A DNA stretch of 64,000 nucleotides from a bacterium. Lineage in GTDB: Bacteria > UBA8248. The DNA lies in NCBI GenBank assembly GCA_965207065.1, contig OZ242260.1, forward strand, positions 3,392,001-3,456,000, in the 5' to 3' direction. Every line of letters starts with the position of its first letter. The stretch's first letter is position 1. The notes under the pieces were generated by a model. That model was given only the letters and a program-made list of their open reading frames with translations. It ran no database searches and was not told the origin of the DNA. This document shows, in pieces, positions 37,010 to 47,367 of this stretch. The position numbers and the translations under genes are program-made.

Positions 37010-37768
37010 TTGAGCCGTTTGGATGGAAAAAGGGCGCTCGTGACGGGCGCATCGCGCGGAATCGGCGAATGCGTGGCGCTTCGCTTCGCAGCCGAAGGCG
37101 CGAGCCTGTATCTGGCGGCGGACGGAACGCAGGACGAGCTCGAAAACGTCGCGCGCGAGTGCGAAGCCGCCGGAGGGGCGGCAGCCTTCGGGGTTTTTGA
37201 TTTGAGAGAGGAGGGCGCGGCCGAGCGCATGGTGGAGTACGCGGCGGACGCGCTGGGCGGCGTCGACGTTCTGGTGAACAACGCAGGGATTCGCGCGAGC
37301 CAGCCCTTCGGCACGTTCACGTATGAAGATTTCAGCCGCGTGGTCGCCGTGAACCTGCGGGCTCCTTTTTTCGCGAGCCAGGCCGCCTTGCCGCTCATGC
37401 GCGAGGCGGGGGGCGGGAGAATCATCCACATCGCGAGCCAGTTGGGCTCCGTAGCGGCGCTCAATACCGCGCTCTACAGCGCGACAAAGGCGGCGCTGAT
37501 CCAGCTCACCCGCTCCATGGCGCTCGAACTCGCCGGCGAGAACATTCTGGTGAACGCTGTCAGCCCCGGACCTACGGCGACGGAGTACTTGAAGAAACAC
37601 GCCTACAAGACGCCCGAGGAACGCGCCCAGCGCCTGGGAACGGTGCCGATGGGGCGCTTCGGCGAGCCGGATGAAATAGCGAGCGCCGTATTGTTTCTCG
37701 CCTCTGGAGATGCTTCCTTCGTGCACGGGCACAACCTCGTGGTGGACGGCGGCTATATCATTCATTGA
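37010..37768 (+). CDS. Short-chain dehydrogenase/reductase
   Basis: TGASRGIG, NNAG, YSATK, NAVSPG. Confidence 0.93.
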   Translation: MSRLDGKRALVTGASRGIGECVALRFAAEGASLYLAADGTQDELENVARECEAAGGAAAFGVFDLREEGAAERMVEYAADALGGVDVLVNNAGIRASQPFGTFTYEDFSRVVAVNLRAPFFASQAALPLMREAGGGRIIHIASQLGSVAALNTALYSATKAALIQLTRSMALELAGENILVNAVSPGPTATEYLKKHAYKTPEERAQRLGTVPMGRFGEPDEIASAVLFLASGDASFVHGHNLVVDGGYIIH

Positions 37769-37865
37769 TGATGTGAAGACCTGAGAAAATTTTCGTATTC
37801 GACACCGGCGGAACGAAGGGCATTTTCTGGCCGCCGCATTCAAAAGGAGCTTGAGAGCCGTGAGC

Positions 37866-38744
37866 ATGAAAGTGGGAGTCGTGGGTTTGGGCGTCATGGG
37901 GGGTGCATTTTCGGGCCACATGCTGGACGCCGGCATGGAAGTGGCGGGCTTCGACCCGGTGGACGCGATGTACGGGAAATTCGAGGGCAAGAACCTGCGC
38001 CGGGCATCATCACCCGCGGACGCCGCAAGCGGCGCCGACCTGGTGATGACTTCACTCCCGAACTACAAGGTCGTGGAAGAGGCGGTAACGGGCGAGGGGG
38101 GCATTCTGGAAGGAATCTCCTCCGGCGGGATCATCGCCGATATGAGCACGGTTCCGCCCAAGTTCTCGAAAGAAATGGCGGAATTAGCGGGTGAAAAGGG
38201 CGTGAGTTGGCTCGATTGCCCGGTGAGCGGTGTGGGCAAGCAGGCCGCCGTGAAGGATCTGGTGGTGATGTCGGCAGGTCCGAGGGACGCATATGAGAAG
38301 GCGAAACCGGCATTTGACGCCATCGGCAAGAAGACGGTTTTCGTGAGTGAGCAAAACGGGCTCGCCGCCCAGCTCAAGCTGGTGGTGAATCTCGTGCTCT
38401 TCATCAACATGGCGGGGGCGTGCGAGGGCCTCACGCTCGGCCTCAAGGCGGGAATCCCCAAAGACGTCATGCTGGAAACGCTTTGCTCGGGCGCCGCGGG
38501 ATCGAACGTGCTCGACGTGCGCGGCAAGGACATGCTGGCCGGCAATTTTCCCGAATCCGGCCCGATATGGATAGTGCTGAAGGACCTCGAATGCGCCATC
38601 GACTCCGCAAAGGACCTCGACGTGCCCGTGCCGCTCGGCGGGCTGCTGGAGCACTTCTTCATGGCCCAGCGGAGCAAGGGCAGGCAGCATGAGGACGGAA
38701 GCTCGATCTTCCGCATTTACCAGGAATTGGCGAATATCGCCTGA
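37866..38744 (+). CDS. NAD(P)-dependent beta-hydroxyacid dehydrogenase
   Basis: GLGVMG, DCPVSG, KLVVN. Confidence 0.9.
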   Translation: MKVGVVGLGVMGGAFSGHMLDAGMEVAGFDPVDAMYGKFEGKNLRRASSPADAASGADLVMTSLPNYKVVEEAVTGEGGILEGISSGGIIADMSTVPPKFSKEMAELAGEKGVSWLDCPVSGVGKQAAVKDLVVMSAGPRDAYEKAKPAFDAIGKKTVFVSEQNGLAAQLKLVVNLVLFINMAGACEGLTLGLKAGIPKDVMLETLCSGAAGSNVLDVRGKDMLAGNFPESGPIWIVLKDLECAIDSAKDLDVPVPLGGLLEHFFMAQRSKGRQHEDGSSIFRIYQELANIA

Positions 38745-38940
38745 TGTGCAAGAAGAAGGAAGCTGCTTTGCGGGCTGATTCACCGCAGCGCCCAATTGGC
38801 GTGCGGCTGGCTGGTTCTCGCCCCGTAATGGGGCAGAAGTTGATCTATATTATGAATTAACTATCTCTGATAACTAGTTGAAATATAATTATTCTATACG
38901 GCAAGAAAAATGCAGGACCTCTCCTTCGCAACCGCGATTC

Positions 38941-39186
38941 CTAGCCTGTAACGGATGAGCGGATGATCTGGCGCAATTCCTCGTCATTCAGCCCGGCGAT
39001 TTGCTCGAATGTGATGAGGGCCGTTGTGCCCGGGTCTCCCCGCTCTCCCCACCAGAGCCTGAAGCTCTTCTCCTGGTAGCTGTAACGGATGTCCGCGTCG
39101 ACGCCTTCGATCTCCCCGGCCAGAATGCCGCTGATGCGCTCGGCCATGATGCGGCTGTATTTTCTTTGCGTTTCGATGTCTTCCAC
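38941..39186 (-). CDS. Small hypothetical protein (about 81 aa)
   Basis: Protein-like composition; GGAG RBS before the GTG at 39186 (alternative ATG at 39252). Confidence 0.55.
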   Translation of the reverse strand: MEDIETQRKYSRIMAERISGILAGEIEGVDADIRYSYQEKSFRLWWGERGDPGTTALITFEQIAGLNDEELRQIIRSSVTG

Positions 39187-39325
39187 GAAAGCGTCTCCCC
39201 ATCCTTTTCTGTGAAATTCAGGGAGGCGATACGCCGGATGGCTTCTTCTCATCCCTCGAATCGCCGCTTTTTCTCGTCTTTCATAACGCTCCTGCTCATA
39301 GCAGAAGATGAGGCGTAATGAAAGC

Positions 39326-40087
39326 CTACAGGTGATACGTCATCCCCTCTTCAAGCACCTGAATTCTCGGATCGCCCAGCGCCTTGATTTCCGCCTTTGT
39401 CTCATCGCCGTACTGGGCCTTGATGTGAAAGATGTAAACGGGAACCTCGGGCGGCATTTTCCCTATTTCCGCATGGAGCATGGCGGGGGTCAAGTGCCTG
39501 GACATACGCGCTAGCTCCTCCATCTTGTTCGGAAAAGACACCTCGGTGATGATGGCGCGCAGATCGTCCACTTCGGCGGCTCCCCGCCAGATGGCCTCGG
39601 TGGGCCCCGTATCGCTGGTGTAAAGGAGCGCGCATTCAGAATCCTCAAGTATGAAGCCGAAAGTCGTCCCCTTGTGATTGACCGCGTAAGGAGTAAACCG
39701 GATTCCGCCCAAGGAGCGTGTTTCCTTCTCCTCGATGGAGGAGAAATCGAGTATCGGCGTATCTTCGTGGCGTATTTCGCAAAAATCCGGCCAGACGGCG
39801 TTGTTGAAAATGGATTTCTGAATCACTTCCAGAACGTCTCGCGCGCCGATGATTTTCAGTGAGTCTTCCCGAAGGCCGAAGATGTTGTCGGCGAGGTAGG
39901 GCAGTTCCGCGATATGGTCCAGATGCGCATGGGACACCACGACGCCAGTGAGCTTGGCCTGCTCCTCGATACTCAGGCCAGAAGCGGCCGAACCACCATC
40001 CAGCAGCAACTCATCGTTGATGAGAAAAGAGGTCAACTGACATCCGGGGGCTTTGCCGCCCGCGCAGCCCAACACACGGAATTGGAT
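39326..40087 (-). CDS. Class II cyclic-nucleotide phosphodiesterase / MBL-fold hydrolase
   Basis: RVLGC.GG, SHAHLDH, FN..VWPDF, DTGPT, EVSFP, HLTP; start probably ATC 40087 (otherwise GTG 40075). Confidence 0.85.
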   Translation of the reverse strand: MQFRVLGCAGGKAPGCQLTSFLINDELLLDGGSAASGLSIEEQAKLTGVVVSHAHLDHIAELPYLADNIFGLREDSLKIIGARDVLEVIQKSIFNNAVWPDFCEIRHEDTPILDFSSIEEKETRSLGGIRFTPYAVNHKGTTFGFILEDSECALLYTSDTGPTEAIWRGAAEVDDLRAIITEVSFPNKMEELARMSRHLTPAMLHAEIGKMPPEVPVYIFHIKAQYGDETKAEIKALGDPRIQVLEEGMTYHL

Positions 40088-40185
40088 GGCTTGTCCTCCG
40101 CCTGAAGCCTCATGAAGGTGAGGAATCTTTCGCTCACCGCCTGATTATAGGCACAGCAGAAACTTCTTGGGAAGGTATCTTTTTT

Positions 40186-40911
40186 TTAGACTTTTTCCCA
40201 TTTGCCGCTCTTGGAGCGCCTGCGTTTTCCGAAATCATCCATCTGAGCGACGGTGGTGGCGGGGAATATGGGGCCGTCCGTACAAACGCGCCAGCCCGAG
40301 CAGGTGCATTGGCCGCACAGGCCGACAGCGCACTTCATGTACCGCTCAACCGCGAAATACGTCCGCTCGGCGGGGAGTTTCGGCAGGCACGCGGCCATCA
40401 TGCGTTCAGGGCCGCAGACAGCGTAACTGTCCGCCTCGACAGGCAGGAGTTCGGTCACCAGGCCCTTGTGTCCCAGGGCGCCGTCTTCGGTGGCGACGTG
40501 GACGGGGCCGAGTTCCCTGAATTCCTCATAAAAGAGAATCTCATCCGCCGTGCGGCCGCCGAGGACGAAGGAGGGCGCTTCCGAGGCGAGGGCGAGGAGC
40601 CTCAGTTCCGCGATTCCCACGCCGCCGCCGATCAAGGCGGGCTTTTTAAGCGGCGGGTAGCCTTGCCCCAAAGGGCCGCGGAGCCCTATCTCATCACCCG
40701 GCTTCACGGCGGCCAGTTTTTCGGTGAACGCGCCCGCTTTCTTCACCGTGACGGCGTTGGGGTAGGAGAGGGTGAAGGGTTTTTCGCCCAGGCGCGGCAG
40801 CCAGACCATCATGAACTGGCCCGGCCGGGATTCTATTTCCTCGTCAAAGAAAATCGTGTGCGTCCACTCGCTTTCCCGGCGGTTCTCCACGACCTTGAAC
40901 ACGCTACGCAT
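40186..40911 (-). CDS. pyrK: Dihydroorotate dehydrogenase electron transfer subunit
   Basis: PGQF, RGPLG, GGGVGIA, CGPE.MM, MKCAVGLCGQC...C.DGP. Confidence 0.92.
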   Translation of the reverse strand: MRSVFKVVENRRESEWTHTIFFDEEIESRPGQFMMVWLPRLGEKPFTLSYPNAVTVKKAGAFTEKLAAVKPGDEIGLRGPLGQGYPPLKKPALIGGGVGIAELRLLALASEAPSFVLGGRTADEILFYEEFRELGPVHVATEDGALGHKGLVTELLPVEADSYAVCGPERMMAACLPKLPAERTYFAVERYMKCAVGLCGQCTCSGWRVCTDGPIFPATTVAQMDDFGKRRRSKSGKWEKV

Positions 40912-41839
40912 CGGAGCCGCCTCCATCCGCCGGACGGTGGGCCGCGCCGATGAGCGCGGACATGGGTTCGCCGCCTAGATATTCCTGAATCCCCTCCCAG
41001 ATATCCCGGGTGAGGGCGGCCGCCTCATGCGTGCTCTTTCTCATGAAGGCGGTGCCTATCCCTAAGACGCTCGCTCCCGCGAGAATGTATTCCACGGCAT
41101 CCTCCCAGGTTTCGATGCCTCCGTATGCGACGATGGGACAGCCAAAGCGCGCGTAGGCTTCATACGTCATGCGCAGGTTGATGGGTTTGAGGGCTGGGCC
41201 GCTGATGCCGCCCGTCGTGCCTGCGAGGATCGCCGCCCGGCTCTGGATGTCCACCGCCAGGCCCGGCCCCAGTGTGTTGCCGCAGCCCAGAGCGTCCGCG
41301 CCCGCGCTCATGCAGGATTCCGCCACGGCGAGATAGTCGCTGTTGGGCGAGAGCTTGGCAATGACGGGCTTGTCCGTCTCGTCTCGAACGCGCTCGATGA
41401 CCTCGGCGGAGAGGGCGGGGTTCTGGCCGATGCTCTCCATGATGGTCTGCTCGCCCGGCTCCTTGTTGGGACAGCCCAGGTTCACTTCGATGGCGTCGCC
41501 GAACCTCGACATCCGGCGCGTAACGCCGGCGAACTCACGTGAATCTCCTCCATAGACGGAGACGATGAGCTTCGCGTTCTTGAGCTTTATCTCTTCCAGG
41601 TCGCGCTCCCAGTCCTCGGCGCTTTGCGTCGGCAGGGCGAGGGAGTTGAGCACCGCGCCTTCCGGGGGGTATACGACCACGGGGTTCTCGTTGCCCGGCT
41701 TCTCCCGGGGGCCGACCGATTTCGTGACGTAGCCGCCCAGGCACGCGCCCGCGCTCTCGAAGGCGGCGAAGACTTCGGGGTAGCTCAGGATGCCGCTGGC
41801 GTTGATCAGGGGTGGTTCGATCTCGGGGAGCGGAATCAC
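40904..41839 (-). CDS. pyrD: Dihydroorotate dehydrogenase type 1B catalytic subunit
   Basis: NASG, TKS, NLGCPN, KLSPN, NT, GGISG. Confidence 0.9.
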   Translation of the reverse strand: MIPLPEIEPPLINASGILSYPEVFAAFESAGACLGGYVTKSVGPREKPGNENPVVVYPPEGAVLNSLALPTQSAEDWERDLEEIKLKNAKLIVSVYGGDSREFAGVTRRMSRFGDAIEVNLGCPNKEPGEQTIMESIGQNPALSAEVIERVRDETDKPVIAKLSPNSDYLAVAESCMSAGADALGCGNTLGPGLAVDIQSRAAILAGTTGGISGPALKPINLRMTYEAYARFGCPIVAYGGIETWEDAVEYILAGASVLGIGTAFMRKSTHEAAALTRDIWEGIQEYLGGEPMSALIGAAHRPADGGGSDA

Positions 41840-42091
41840 GGTCTGCTGCCTCAGCCGGGGTGGAATGTGCGGGCGGACGGACTCGACGGATGGAGTATAG
41901 TGGGAATGGGCCGCTCACGCCAACTTGCAACGAGAAAATCCGGGTGGCGGGGCTTTGTGATCCAGCGGATTATTGCAAATTGCCCGAAATGGTGGTCTAA
42001 ATGACCTTGTTCGCCCTTTGGTATAGATGGAGATGGAAAGGGCAGTATTACTTTATGGCGAGGCACTGCCTTGCGCTGAGAGGAAAACCCT

Positions 42092-42871
42092 GTGGTCGCC
42101 ATCTTGATTGCCTGCTATCTCGTGGCTGCGCTGACGCACCTGTACCTGCTCTGCACGGGCAGGTCTACAGGGGTTGTCTACGGGATCGGTGCGCTGCTCG
42201 TGGGATTTGCGCTTCACACCCTCATGCTCGGGGTGAGTTTCGCCTCCGGCACACCCGAGGGATGGAGCGCGTGGCTGAGCGGCATGGCGTGGATAATCAT
42301 CCTGATGTACCTGATCGTCTTTGCGCGCTACCGGGACATCGCCCTGGGTGGTTTCGCCGTGCCTGCGGCTTTCATTCTCGAGGGATACGCAGCCGCTTTC
42401 CCCGGCGTGTGGGGCGCAGGCTCGATCGCCGTGCAGGGCTATCTGCTCAAGGGCCACGCCGTGCTCGCGCTGCTGAGCTGGGCCGCGTTCTTTCTGCTCT
42501 TCGCCTCGGCGCTGATGTATCTCGTGCAATCCCAGCAACTAAAATCCCGAAGACCCAGCGCCTGGCTGCATCGCCTGCCCTCGCTCGATATTCTGGACGA
42601 CCTGAACCACAAGATTCTCTACTTCGGTTTCGCGTTCCTCACGGCGAGCCTGCTGCTCGGCTCGATGTGGGCGAAATCGCGCCACGGCGCCTACTGGAGC
42701 CTCGACCCGGTGCGGACCTGGCCGCTGATACTCATCTGGGGCGCGTACGGCCTCCTGCTCATCTGTCGCCTCACGAGAAGCTGGAAGGGAAAGCGCTCCG
42801 CCGTTTTCTCGATGGTGGCCTTCTTCGCCGCGCTCCTCGCGCTGGTCGTCCATTTCCAGGGAGCGGGCTAG
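42092..42871 (+). CDS. ccsA: Cytochrome c biogenesis CcsA-like membrane protein
   Basis: Multiple TM helices, RLPSL..LD, G.MWA.....YWSLDP (WWD-like) motif; precedes hemA. Confidence 0.85.
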   Translation: MVAILIACYLVAALTHLYLLCTGRSTGVVYGIGALLVGFALHTLMLGVSFASGTPEGWSAWLSGMAWIIILMYLIVFARYRDIALGGFAVPAAFILEGYAAAFPGVWGAGSIAVQGYLLKGHAVLALLSWAAFFLLFASALMYLVQSQQLKSRRPSAWLHRLPSLDILDDLNHKILYFGFAFLTASLLLGSMWAKSRHGAYWSLDPVRTWPLILIWGAYGLLLICRLTRSWKGKRSAVFSMVAFFAALLALVVHFQGAG

Positions 42872-42874
42872 AAG

Positions 42875-44185
42875 ATGTCTATCATTCTCGCAGGCGTGAG
42901 CCACCACAACACGCCGCTCAGCATACGCGAGCGCCTCTATTTCCCGGAAGGGGATATGGGCAAGTGGCTCGACCGGCTGGCGGACTATCGCGGCTTGGAT
43001 GAACGGCTCATCCTCTCGACATGCAACCGGGTGGAAGTCTACACCGCGGCCGAGGATTACGAGCAGGGCCTCGATGCGATTCAGCGTTTTTTCCTGGAAT
43101 CGCGTGACATCGGCGCAGATGAACTGAACGCACACCTCTACGTTCACCGAGAGGACGAAGCCACCCGGCATCTGTTCACCGTGGCGTCGAGCCTCGATTC
43201 CATGGTGGTGGGCGAGCCGCAGATTCTGGGGCAGGTAAAAGAGGCTTACCGGGTTGCTCAGTCCTCAGGCCACGCCGGAAAGGCGCTTACGAACCTCTTC
43301 TCCCGCGCGTTTCGCGTGGCAAAGAAAATCCGCGAGCAAACGCCGATAGGCGAGTCGCCCGTGTCGGTGAGTTCCGTGGCCGTGGATCTGGCGAGAAGAA
43401 TTTTCGGCTCTCTCTCAGGCAAGAACGTGCTCTTGCTGGGCGCGGGCGAGATGGGCGAAGCGGCGGCGAGGCATCTCAAAACGAGCGGGGCCGACACCCT
43501 TCACGTGGCGAACAGGACGTTCGCGCGCGCCCAGGAGTTGGCCTCCAAACTCGGGGGACTTGCGTTAAGTTTCGACAAACTGGAGCAGGCGCTCATCAAC
43601 GCCGACGTCGTCATCGCCTCGACGGCTTCGCAGGGCTTCGTTCTGGACAAACCGACCGTGGCCGCCGCATTGGAGCAACGCCGCGACGCGCCGGTTTTCC
43701 TCATCGACATCGCAGTACCCAGAAACATTGCGCCCGACGTGAACGACCTCGAAGACGCATATCTCTATGACGTGGACGATCTCCAGTCTGTAGCGGCGGA
43801 CAACCTCCGGGGCCGCGAGGAAATTGCCCGCGACGCGCGCGTGATCCTGGAAACAGAAGTGGAGACCTATCTCGCCCGCCAGCAGGCGGAGGAACTCAGG
43901 CATACCTTTGCGGCCATACGCTTCTTCGCGGAATCGATGCGCCAGGAGGAAGTCGAGAAAACTGTTCAAAGACTGCCCGAACTCGGCGATGGCGGTCGCG
44001 AGGCGCTCAACGCCATGACGAAAGCGCTGGTCAACAAACTCCTCCACCATCCCTTCGCCGTACTTCGCCAGATGTCGGAAAAAGACGTGGAGGGGATTTC
44101 GGTCGAATCCGTCCAGAAGCTCTTCGGCGTGGAACCCGAGGGCGATCAAGGTCCGCCTGCCCCCCCGCCGGACGAATCGGACTGA
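42875..44185 (+). CDS. hemA: Glutamyl-tRNA reductase
   Basis: STCNRVE, SLDSMVVGEPQILGQVK, GAGEMG, DIAVPR. Confidence 0.97.
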   Translation: MSIILAGVSHHNTPLSIRERLYFPEGDMGKWLDRLADYRGLDERLILSTCNRVEVYTAAEDYEQGLDAIQRFFLESRDIGADELNAHLYVHREDEATRHLFTVASSLDSMVVGEPQILGQVKEAYRVAQSSGHAGKALTNLFSRAFRVAKKIREQTPIGESPVSVSSVAVDLARRIFGSLSGKNVLLLGAGEMGEAAARHLKTSGADTLHVANRTFARAQELASKLGGLALSFDKLEQALINADVVIASTASQGFVLDKPTVAAALEQRRDAPVFLIDIAVPRNIAPDVNDLEDAYLYDVDDLQSVAADNLRGREEIARDARVILETEVETYLARQQAEELRHTFAAIRFFAESMRQEEVEKTVQRLPELGDGGREALNAMTKALVNKLLHHPFAVLRQMSEKDVEGISVESVQKLFGVEPEGDQGPPAPPPDESD

Positions 44186-44188
44186 GCA

Positions 44189-45109
44189 ATGAATGACACC
44201 CTGCGCCTCGGCACCCGGGGCAGCGCGCTGGCGCGCGCGCAGACGGCTCTGGTGGCCGCACAGTTGAAGGAACTGAATCCGGGCCTCGTTGTGGAAGAAG
44301 TGATCGTCCGCACGAGAGGAGACGCCATGCTCGGCTCCCCCATTCATGAGCTGGGCGGCAAGGGTCTTTTCGTAAAAGAGATCGAAGACGCTCTTCTTCA
44401 AGGCGAAATCGACGCCGCCGTACACAGCCTGAAAGACCTTCCGAGCGAACTGCCTGTGGGTCTCATCCTCGCCTCGATTCCCGAACGGGAAGAACCCTGG
44501 GACGCCCTGGTCTCGCGGGGCGGAGAATCGGTGCGGGGTCTGGCGCCGGGCAGCAGAGTCGGCACGAGCAGTTTAAGGAGAATCGCGCAGATCAGGCGAT
44601 ACCGGCGCGATCTGGAAATCGTGGAACTACGCGGAAACGTGGATACAAGGCTTGAAAAAGTGGCGGCGGGCGATGTGGATGCCGCGGTTCTCGCGCTGGC
44701 GGGGCTCAAGCGTCTGGGACTCGAGGAGCGGGCAACCGAGTCGCTCGCGCCCGAACTCATGCTGCCCGCTGCTGGGCAGGGCGCGCTCGCCATCGAGACG
44801 AGGGAGGGTGATGTAGCCACGCGCCGCCTCGTTGAGGGGCTGGAGCACACGGAGACAAAACGGGCCGTGATGGCAGAGCGCGTCGTGATGGCGCGCCTGG
44901 AGGGCGGCTGCCAGTTACCTCTCGCCGTCTTCGCGGAGAACCGAAAAAGCGGGTTTTGTATCAAAGCCCGCCTGGCGAGCGTCGACGGGGAGCGCATGGT
45001 GGAAAATGAACGAACGGGCGCATCCGATGACGCTAGGAGAATGGCGGATGAGGTGGCCGAGGACGTTCTCGCCCATGGCGGCGCGGAGATTCTGAGGGAT
45101 GCGCGATGA
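44189..45109 (+). CDS. hemC: Hydroxymethylbilane synthase
   Basis: GTRGSALA, GKGLFVKE, VHSLKD, GTSSLRR, RGNVDTRL, GGCQ. Confidence 0.97.
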   Translation: MNDTLRLGTRGSALARAQTALVAAQLKELNPGLVVEEVIVRTRGDAMLGSPIHELGGKGLFVKEIEDALLQGEIDAAVHSLKDLPSELPVGLILASIPEREEPWDALVSRGGESVRGLAPGSRVGTSSLRRIAQIRRYRRDLEIVELRGNVDTRLEKVAAGDVDAAVLALAGLKRLGLEERATESLAPELMLPAAGQGALAIETREGDVATRRLVEGLEHTETKRAVMAERVVMARLEGGCQLPLAVFAENRKSGFCIKARLASVDGERMVENERTGASDDARRMADEVAEDVLAHGGAEILRDAR

Positions 45110-45966
45110 GCGCCGCCGAAAACGAGGACCTGGCCGCACTGCCCCTCGCGGGCAAGACAATCCTCGTAACGCGCCCCGAAGAGGGGGCTTCGCGCATGGG
45201 CGAGATGCTGGCGGATTCTGGGGCCTGCGTACGCGTCGCGCCGATGATACGGATCACGGAGCCTGAGGGTTGGGTTGCGGTCGATGCGGCGGTTCGCGAG
45301 TTGGACAAGTATCAGTGGATGATCTTCACGAGTGCGAACGGGCCGAAATATCTGGCGAAAAGATTTATCGCTCTCGGCGTCGCTCCCGAGGTGGTCCCAG
45401 CGGACACATCGATTCTGACCATCGGGCCTGCCACGGCCGCAGCGGTGAAGAAACATCTGGGAAGGACGCCCGATAAGGTAGCCGAAAAGTACATGGCGGA
45501 AGGCGTCGTCGATCTCTTCAAAGGCGAGGATATGGCCGGGAAGCGCGTCTTGCTGGCCCGGGCGAAAGAGGGGAGAGACGCCATCCCAAAAACACTCACG
45601 GAAATGGGGGCTATTGTGGATGACGTGGCCGTCTACCGGACGACGCCCCTGGGTCGCGAAGCGCTGCGCGAGGTATGGGGTGAGCTTGAAGGCGGAAAAA
45701 TTGATATGCTTACGTTCACGAGTTCCTCAGCGCTCGATGGCTTCATGAGGGCGGCGGGGGAGGAGACGGCGAAAGGATGGATGTCGCGCGCGCGCGTTGC
45801 CTCCATCGGACCTGTGACCACCGCCACGGCGCGCCAGTGGGGGGTCGAGCCGGACGTGGAGGCCGCCGATTCGACGATTCCCGGCATGACGCGAGCCATC
45901 GTCTGTTATTACCGGGAACTGGAGACGGCGAACGATACGCCGAAAATGGAGGATGAAATTGCATGA
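45106..45966 (+). CDS. hemD: Uroporphyrinogen-III synthase
   Basis: LVTRP, FTSANG, IGPAT, FTSSS, IGPVT. Confidence 0.93.
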   Translation: MSAAENEDLAALPLAGKTILVTRPEEGASRMGEMLADSGACVRVAPMIRITEPEGWVAVDAAVRELDKYQWMIFTSANGPKYLAKRFIALGVAPEVVPADTSILTIGPATAAAVKKHLGRTPDKVAEKYMAEGVVDLFKGEDMAGKRVLLARAKEGRDAIPKTLTEMGAIVDDVAVYRTTPLGREALREVWGELEGGKIDMLTFTSSSALDGFMRAAGEETAKGWMSRARVASIGPVTTATARQWGVEPDVEAADSTIPGMTRAIVCYYRELETANDTPKMEDEIA

Positions 45967-47000
45967 TGCCTGACGACAATCTGATTCTTTCGGCCCTCGG
46001 GGACGTGGTAACAAACCGGACGAGACGCACGCGGGAGACGGCCGCCATGCGGCGCATGGTGCGCGAGACGAGACTTTCCGCCGATAACCTCATCTATCCG
46101 ATGTTCGTGGTCGAGGGCGAGGACATCAAACAGGAAATTTCCTCCATGCCCGGCCAGTACCAGCTCTCCGTCGACAGGCTGGTGGCCGATTGTGAGGAAA
46201 TCGCCGCTCTCGACATCCCCGGCGTCATTCTGTTCGGCATTCCGGAGCACAAGGACGACATCGCGAGTGGGGCTTATGCGGAAGAAGGCATAATCCAGAA
46301 CGCGGTGCGCGCGCTCAAGGAGGCATACCCCGACTTGTGTGTCATCACGGACGTTTGTCTTTGCGAGTACATGGACCACGGCCATTGCGGGGTCATCGAG
46401 GGCGAGAAGGTGCTGAACGACCCGACGCTCGAACTCCTCGACCAGACGGCGATGAGCCACGCGGAGGCGGGAGCGGACATCATTGCGCCGTCTGACATGA
46501 TGGACGGGCGGGTCGGTTCGATACGCGCGGCGCTGGACGCAAGCGGATTCGCCCAGACGCCCATCATGGCCTATTCGTCTAAATTCGCTAGCGCCTTCTA
46601 CGGGCCCTTCCGCGAGGCGGCGGAGAGCGCGCCCGCCTTCGGCGACAGGAGTTCCTACCAGATGGACCCGGCGAATGCGCGTGAGGCCATGCGCGAGATA
46701 GCTTTCGACATCGAGGAGGGGGCGGACATCGTGATGGTGAAGCCGGCACTCGTGTATCTCGACGTCATCGCCAGGGCGCGCGAGATAACGGACCTGCCCG
46801 TCGCGGCTTATAACGTCTCGGGTGAATTCGCCATGCTGGCGGCGGCGTGCCGCAACGGTTGGCTGGACCCCGAGCGCGCGTTCATGGAAACCCTCACCTC
46901 GATCCGCCGCGCGGGGGCGGACATCATCCTCACCTACTTCGCCAAAGACGCCGCCAGAAGACTCCGGGGGGACAAGGCGACACCGCTTTCGTGGATGTAG
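45963..47000 (+). CDS. hemB: Porphobilinogen synthase (Zn-binding type)
   Basis: [40 protein letters not shown]. Confidence 0.97.
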   Translation: MMPDDNLILSALGDVVTNRTRRTRETAAMRRMVRETRLSADNLIYPMFVVEGEDIKQEISSMPGQYQLSVDRLVADCEEIAALDIPGVILFGIPEHKDDIASGAYAEEGIIQNAVRALKEAYPDLCVITDVCLCEYMDHGHCGVIEGEKVLNDPTLELLDQTAMSHAEAGADIIAPSDMMDGRVGSIRAALDASGFAQTPIMAYSSKFASAFYGPFREAAESAPAFGDRSSYQMDPANAREAMREIAFDIEEGADIVMVKPALVYLDVIARAREITDLPVAAYNVSGEFAMLAAACRNGWLDPERAFMETLTSIRRAGADIILTYFAKDAARRLRGDKATPLSWM

Positions 47001-47023
47001 GGGGTTTCCGAGAAGTCGAGAAT

Positions 47024-47088
47024 TTGACAAGCCGTGCGATGGAGTATATCTTTGATATTTGAACGAATGGTTCAATAGATATATCAAA
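47024..47088 (+). promoter_or_regulatory. Sigma70-type promoter with an overlapping inverted repeat
   Basis: TTGACA-N17-TATCTT (47024-47052), then TTTGATAT-TTGAAC-gaatg-GTTCAA-tagat-ATATCAAA (47051-47088). Confidence 0.6.
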
Positions 47089-47160
47089 ACTTATGAGTGG
47101 ATGCTGGACTGTTGCATTCCGCCTTGGCGTGCTCGCTTCACAGACAGAAATGGTGACGCA

Positions 47161-47364
47161 ATGGGCAAGAAAAAGAAAAATACGGAACAAAAAGTGATTG
47201 TGTACCGCTCGGGGATTTTGAATCACGCTGACGCGGATAGATTCGATAAGGCGTGTGAGAGATACCTCAAGAAAGTCACGAAATCCAAAAAAACCGCGAG
47301 GGAGGCTCTTGTCAGGTTGGGGACCCACACGCCCACCGGACGAATCGCAAAACGATACAGGTAG
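47161..47364 (+). CDS. Small basic hypothetical protein (67 aa), candidate antitoxin/partner
   Basis: ATG at 47161; SKKTAREALVRLGTHTPTGRIAKRY tail; stop lies 3 bp before the next gene. Confidence 0.65.
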   Translation: MGKKKKNTEQKVIVYRSGILNHADADRFDKACERYLKKVTKSKKTAREALVRLGTHTPTGRIAKRYR

Positions 47365-47367
47365 AAA

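Noticed and set aside
38833-38862. Possible dif (XerCD) site around TCTATA-TTATGAATTAA
   Set aside because: Only TTATG matches the XerD arm and the XerC arm is poor.
39249-39284. Short minus-strand ORF MKDEKKRRFEG ending in TGA after an AGGAG RBS, considered as a second selenoprotein
   Set aside because: The readthrough sequence is not protein-like, no clear SECIS hairpin follows, and it overlaps a better ORF in another frame.
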